Of a stretch of DNA of 64,000 nucleotides, positions 59,979 through 64,000 are shown one piece after another. Both the position numbers and the translations under genes were made by a program. Position 1 is the stretch's first letter. Every line of letters begins with the position of its first letter. The DNA is from Convolutriloba macropyga (taxonomy: Eukaryota). The notes under the pieces were generated by a model. The model did no database searches. It saw only the letters and a program-made list of their open reading frames with translations, and was not told where the DNA came from. The DNA is taken from NCBI RefSeq assembly GCF_964194025.1, contig NC_134476.1, positions 23,064,001 to 23,128,000 on the forward strand, read 5' to 3'.

Positions 59979-62900
59979 TTAAGTAAATCCGGCTTGATAG
60001 CGTGATGGCGGCTTGGCCGAGCGACTAGAAGTTCGCCTATTATTATTATTATTTTCTAAAGTTTGTAAATTAGAAGGTCCTTGTTCCGATGTATTAGGGC
60101 GGAGAGGACTTAAATTAGGGTCTAGAGGTATTCTAGAATTGTGCTGTGGGCAAGGAGTTGAACTTCTTGTTCGACTACCGCTAGGTAGGTGTGTTTGGAC
60201 TGGAGGTGGGTTATTACGACCACCTGAACTTGCTTCGTTGAATCCAGAATCGAAATTGGTAGGGGTTCGGTCAGGGTCGAAGTTCTGCACAGGGGAGTCT
60301 CTTCGTATGAAATTATCCACGGGGAAATATTCGGTGTTAGTGGGGCTTTGGAAGGAGAATTTAGTCAAAGGACTATTGAGTTTATTCATCTGACTTGTCA
60401 TTAGATTATTATAAAATGTGTCACAATTATTTTTATCTATACCATACTCTAGGGTTAACTCTGGTATAGTTTCAGTAGCTGGGTAGTACTCGACTAGGTG
60501 ATTTCTATGAGCGACCTTCCTGGTGGCCGGGTTGCTATCTAAAGTTAATTCATAGTTAACATTGGTTAGTTTTTTTCTACAGTATAAGGACCTGATCTTA
60601 GTTCATGTAGTTTTTTTGACTTTCCTAACTCAATTTGATGGTTTTCCATTAGAACTTTTTGTCCAACCTCAAGTGGCTTGCCTAATTTGTGTTTGTTTCT
60701 ATGTTTATGTGCGCGGTTATTGTTTTCTAAGCTCTTTTTATAAGCGTTATTGTATATTTGTTTGAATTGGTTTTCTCGCATAAGCAACGAATTGTTAATA
60801 GTTGGTTTTAGAAGTTTGTCAATTTCGGTGTTTTTTGAAGTTTGCAAGGTATGCCTGTGAAGAGGCAGGTCTTAGCAAAACTCGGAAGAGCATGTGAGTT
60901 GTGAATTTCTTAGGAGTCCTAACTTAAGTGACAGAGGTATCTCTGGTTTTTGTCCGAACACAATTTCATAAGGTGAAATTCCAGTACTAGCATTTGGAAC
61001 CGTGTTATGAGAAAAGGCAAATTTTGATGCCAGTTCGTCCCATTTACCTCGAGCTTGTTCTAGAAAAATTCGGAAATGTGCTCCTAGATGTTTGTTTTGG
61101 ATCTCGACTTTACCATTAGTCCAAGGCGCATAAGCAGTTCGAGGTGCGGGTGTTATACCTAATTCATGAATGTAACTCGCAAAATCTTGGTTCATGAATG
61201 CCGAACCCTTATCATAAACAAGTTTTTGTGGTATTCCAAAAGACAAGATGAACTTTTCTAAAGCTTTTATGGTGTCTACTGCGTCTGTGGAACGTACGGG
61301 GTATACTTGAATGAAACGTGAAAATGAATCGACAATAACTAAACAATGGTGTTTACCGTTCGATGGAGGATTTAAAGGTCCTTTGTGATCAATATGGACC
61401 GTATGAAAGGGGAATGGGACTGTATCAGTCCACTTTTCGAGAGGTGCTTCGTGGATATCTCTCCGTTTTTGTTTATTTTTTTGGCATTCAAGGCAATCAG
61501 CAATTAGGTTTTCAATCCATTTATACATTCCGGGCCAATAAAAAAATCGTTTTACATTAGCAAGTGTTTTATCTAAATCTACATGACCTGACAGTTCACA
61601 ATGAGCTAGCTCAAAAACTTTAAAGAACAATGACAGTGGTACACAAATTTTTAAGTATTCAATATCTGGTTCGTCTGTTTGTTGTTGAATACATAAGATG
61701 TTACCTACAAAACTCAGTTTCTCAAAGTTATTAATGTACGACCTTATGGCTTTAGATTGTCGGAATTCAATTTTCTTTTCATCTTTGTTATTGTTCGTCC
61801 TTAATTGGCGAATTTGTTGTATCACTGGGTCTTTTAATTGTTCTTGACAAATTACCGATGTATTTAAATCAACTTCTTTAGAGAAGATTGTCAGTTTATC
61901 GATGAGTTCTCTTGCATCTTTTATTTTTGGATTTTCGGGAAGTTTTTTTGCTAATTCGGTTTTATCTATACAAGTGCTATTTTTCACGAGAAAAACTTTA
62001 TCGTATTCTAGAGGGAATCTGTACTCCGAGTCTTTGGTATTAGTTTGATCAATGTAGAGTTTGTCAAAATCTAATTCCGGTGACTGGTTCTCATTGAACA
62101 ATTCAAATTCCGAAATTGGGTCAAAATTTTGTTCGGTTATCCCTTCATCAGGGTTAGGAATCACTTTCTGTATAATGATCAGACGTTTCGTCTTCCTCCT
62201 GTTCTGACACAGGGGTTATTTCATGTTTGCGGTGACGCCTATAGTGGTTAATTGATGAACCATACGAGAAATCTTCCGAAATATTGTTTATTGAGCAAAG
62301 TCTGTTTTGATTATTGTCGTACTTTTGCTTTACCATTTTGTCATTTTTGAAAATGAATTTGTCGATACCCGTTATGCTTTGTTTTAGGATTGGAAAGAAG
62401 TCATCTGCTGGTCCCTTTTCATTATCACGCAAAATGAAGTATTTTTCCTCGTTACCATGCTCGTCGTAAAAACTAATGTCTTTTGGTATCTTTTTTGTGT
62501 TTAAGTTGATACTTGTCCAGATCTTTAAGTTTCACATTGCGACTTAGGATGTCAGGAAAAGCTAAGTTTTTTCCTTCAGTCCAAATAATTTTCAAGTTCT
62601 GAAATTGAGATATTACTAACTGGTATCTAAAAAACCTGTGAGAGAGTTTTCCTCTTCTACCCCATAGATACATTAAAGGCTTATGGTCGGTGTACACATA
62701 TACTGGATGGGGAGAACCAATTAGGTAATGCTCATAAGTTTGTAGTGCAGATATTACACCGCAAAGTTCGCGTGCTGTGGTGCTCATTTTTTGTTCCTCT
62801 TTAGTGTAAATTCTAGAATTAAAAGACACTATTCGTTTCCCTTCTGGAAATTCTTGAATGAGAATTGAGCCTACTCCTATGGAAGAAGCGTCTACATGCA

Positions 62901-64000
62901 CGTGGAAAGGGTATTTAGTATCAGGTATTGCTAAGATAGTATCTTCGCTAATCCTGTTTTTAATGTCGTTAAACAGTTTTTCGTGTTCTGTTGTCCAGAC
63001 AAATTTAGTTTCTGTGCGGGTTAGGTCATAAAATGGTTTGCAGTCAACATGCAAATTTTTGATGTACATGCTGTAGAATCCTAAGCAACCTAGAACTCTC
63101 ATGACATCACGTTTGTTTTCAGGCGACTTAAGTGCTTTTAAATCTGCTACTCGCTTCTTGACTGGTTGTATCCCATCTTTACCTACTACATGTCCCAAGA
63201 ACTGTACTTCCCTAAGGAAAAATTTAGTCTTTTCAGGTTGAGCTTTTAATCCTGATTTCCTTAAAAGTTCATGGTACTTGTCAATTATTTCAAACATTTC
63301 GGTTTCATCTTGTGCTTGCATGATGGTGTCATCAATGTAGGTTATAGCTTGTTTTTTTCTAATTAATGGTGCAAAATGGATAGTCATTATACGACTGAAG
63401 AAATTAGGTAGACCGCATAGGCCGTAAAATCCGCGTTCAAATGTGTATTGCTTTGGACCAATTACAAAACTTACCAGCTGTTTGGTTTCCTCAGTTAGAG
63501 GGACTTGGTTATAGGCTGAACAAAGATCACTGGTTGTGAAGAAATTACCTTTTAATCTAGTTAATAGACTTCCAATTGGTTCGAGTGGCCATGAATATCG
63601 ACTAAGGTCTGTTATTGAATTCAGGTATCGGGCATCTATAACCAGTTTTACTGTGTTCCCCTTGGGTAGGATTATGATTGGATTAATAAATTCTGATCCC
63701 ATTTCTTTATCATTACCCATTTCCCGGATTATACCTGTTTTACACAGTTGTTCCAAAAGGTTTTCTAGTTTTTCCTGATAATGTAATGGTACTTTGGATG
63801 GTCTTTGTTTTGTCAAAGTTGATTTAGGTAAAAGTTTAACATGAAACTTTTGTTTTATCTTTCCAACATCGTATTTTTGTTGAGAGTAAACGTCTTTATT
63901 TTTAGTTAAAGTCCTCAGTAACTTGTCTAAGTTTTCGTCATTAATATCAGCTTGACTGAAATCAAATTTTTTGAGAAACGCTTGATCGGTTTTGTCAAAT
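59979..64000 (-). pseudogene. pol: Ty3/Gypsy Pol (RT, RNase H, integrase with GPY/F), 3 frameshifts (~62490, ~62160, ~60570) and one stop (60872-60874); open at window edge
   Basis: KLVIDARYLN, SDLCSAYNQ, YIDD, FLGH; VDASSIG, REL, TDHKPL; H-x5-H..CLEC; IDHKGP, DKGSAF, GKVE; SGPY; HRNHL; terminal RTSSRSAKPPSRY. Confidence 0.95.

Larger units (their letters stand above)
50522..64000 (-). mobile_element. Env-bearing Ty3/Gypsy endogenous retrovirus with large 3' accessory gene block; 5' part lies beyond the window
   Basis: RT-RH-IN order, env, 13 co-oriented ORFs, then PPT and an LTR with TGTAGT...ACTACA ends. Confidence 0.88.

Noticed and set aside
60013-60393. Antisense 126-codon ORF over the integrase tail (and other plus-strand ORFs over the Gypsy element)
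   Set aside because: Non-ATG start; expected shadow of a Ser/Pro/Arg-rich sense frame; no motifs

Overview
AT-rich animal (probably invertebrate) genomic DNA dominated by mobile elements; nothing here looks prokaryotic. Host genes: a two-exon claudin/PMP22-family tetraspan gene (8623-9419, -), two PAN/apple + C-type lectin paralogs (16779-17637, 43617-44487, -) and two decayed lectin fragments. Mobile elements: (1) a full-length, defective 11.6-kb BEL/Pao LTR retrotransposon (24330-35936, +, TSD CTTAT) with a tRNA-derived Pol III-type promoter inside each LTR and a 2.7-kb leader holding two tandem arrays and an extra SGNH-fold ORF; (2) the 3' 13.5 kb of a large Ty3/Gypsy endogenous retrovirus (50522-64000, -) with pol, a chuvirus-like glycoprotein env, and about 6 kb of tightly packed co-oriented accessory ORFs between env and the 3' LTR (5-7 paralogs of an unknown ~80-aa family, three double-RING-like proteins, a hydrophobic peptide, a 377-aa coiled-coil protein) plus a predicted pseudoknot/kissing-loop RNA. 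This second element is the best candidate for an undescribed system. (3) a 3.7-kb inverted-repeat-bounded, decayed Polinton/adintovirus-like capsid module (major capsid, penton, packaging ATPase); (4) several MITEs and satellites. All family assignments are by-eye motif recognition; no database searches were run.
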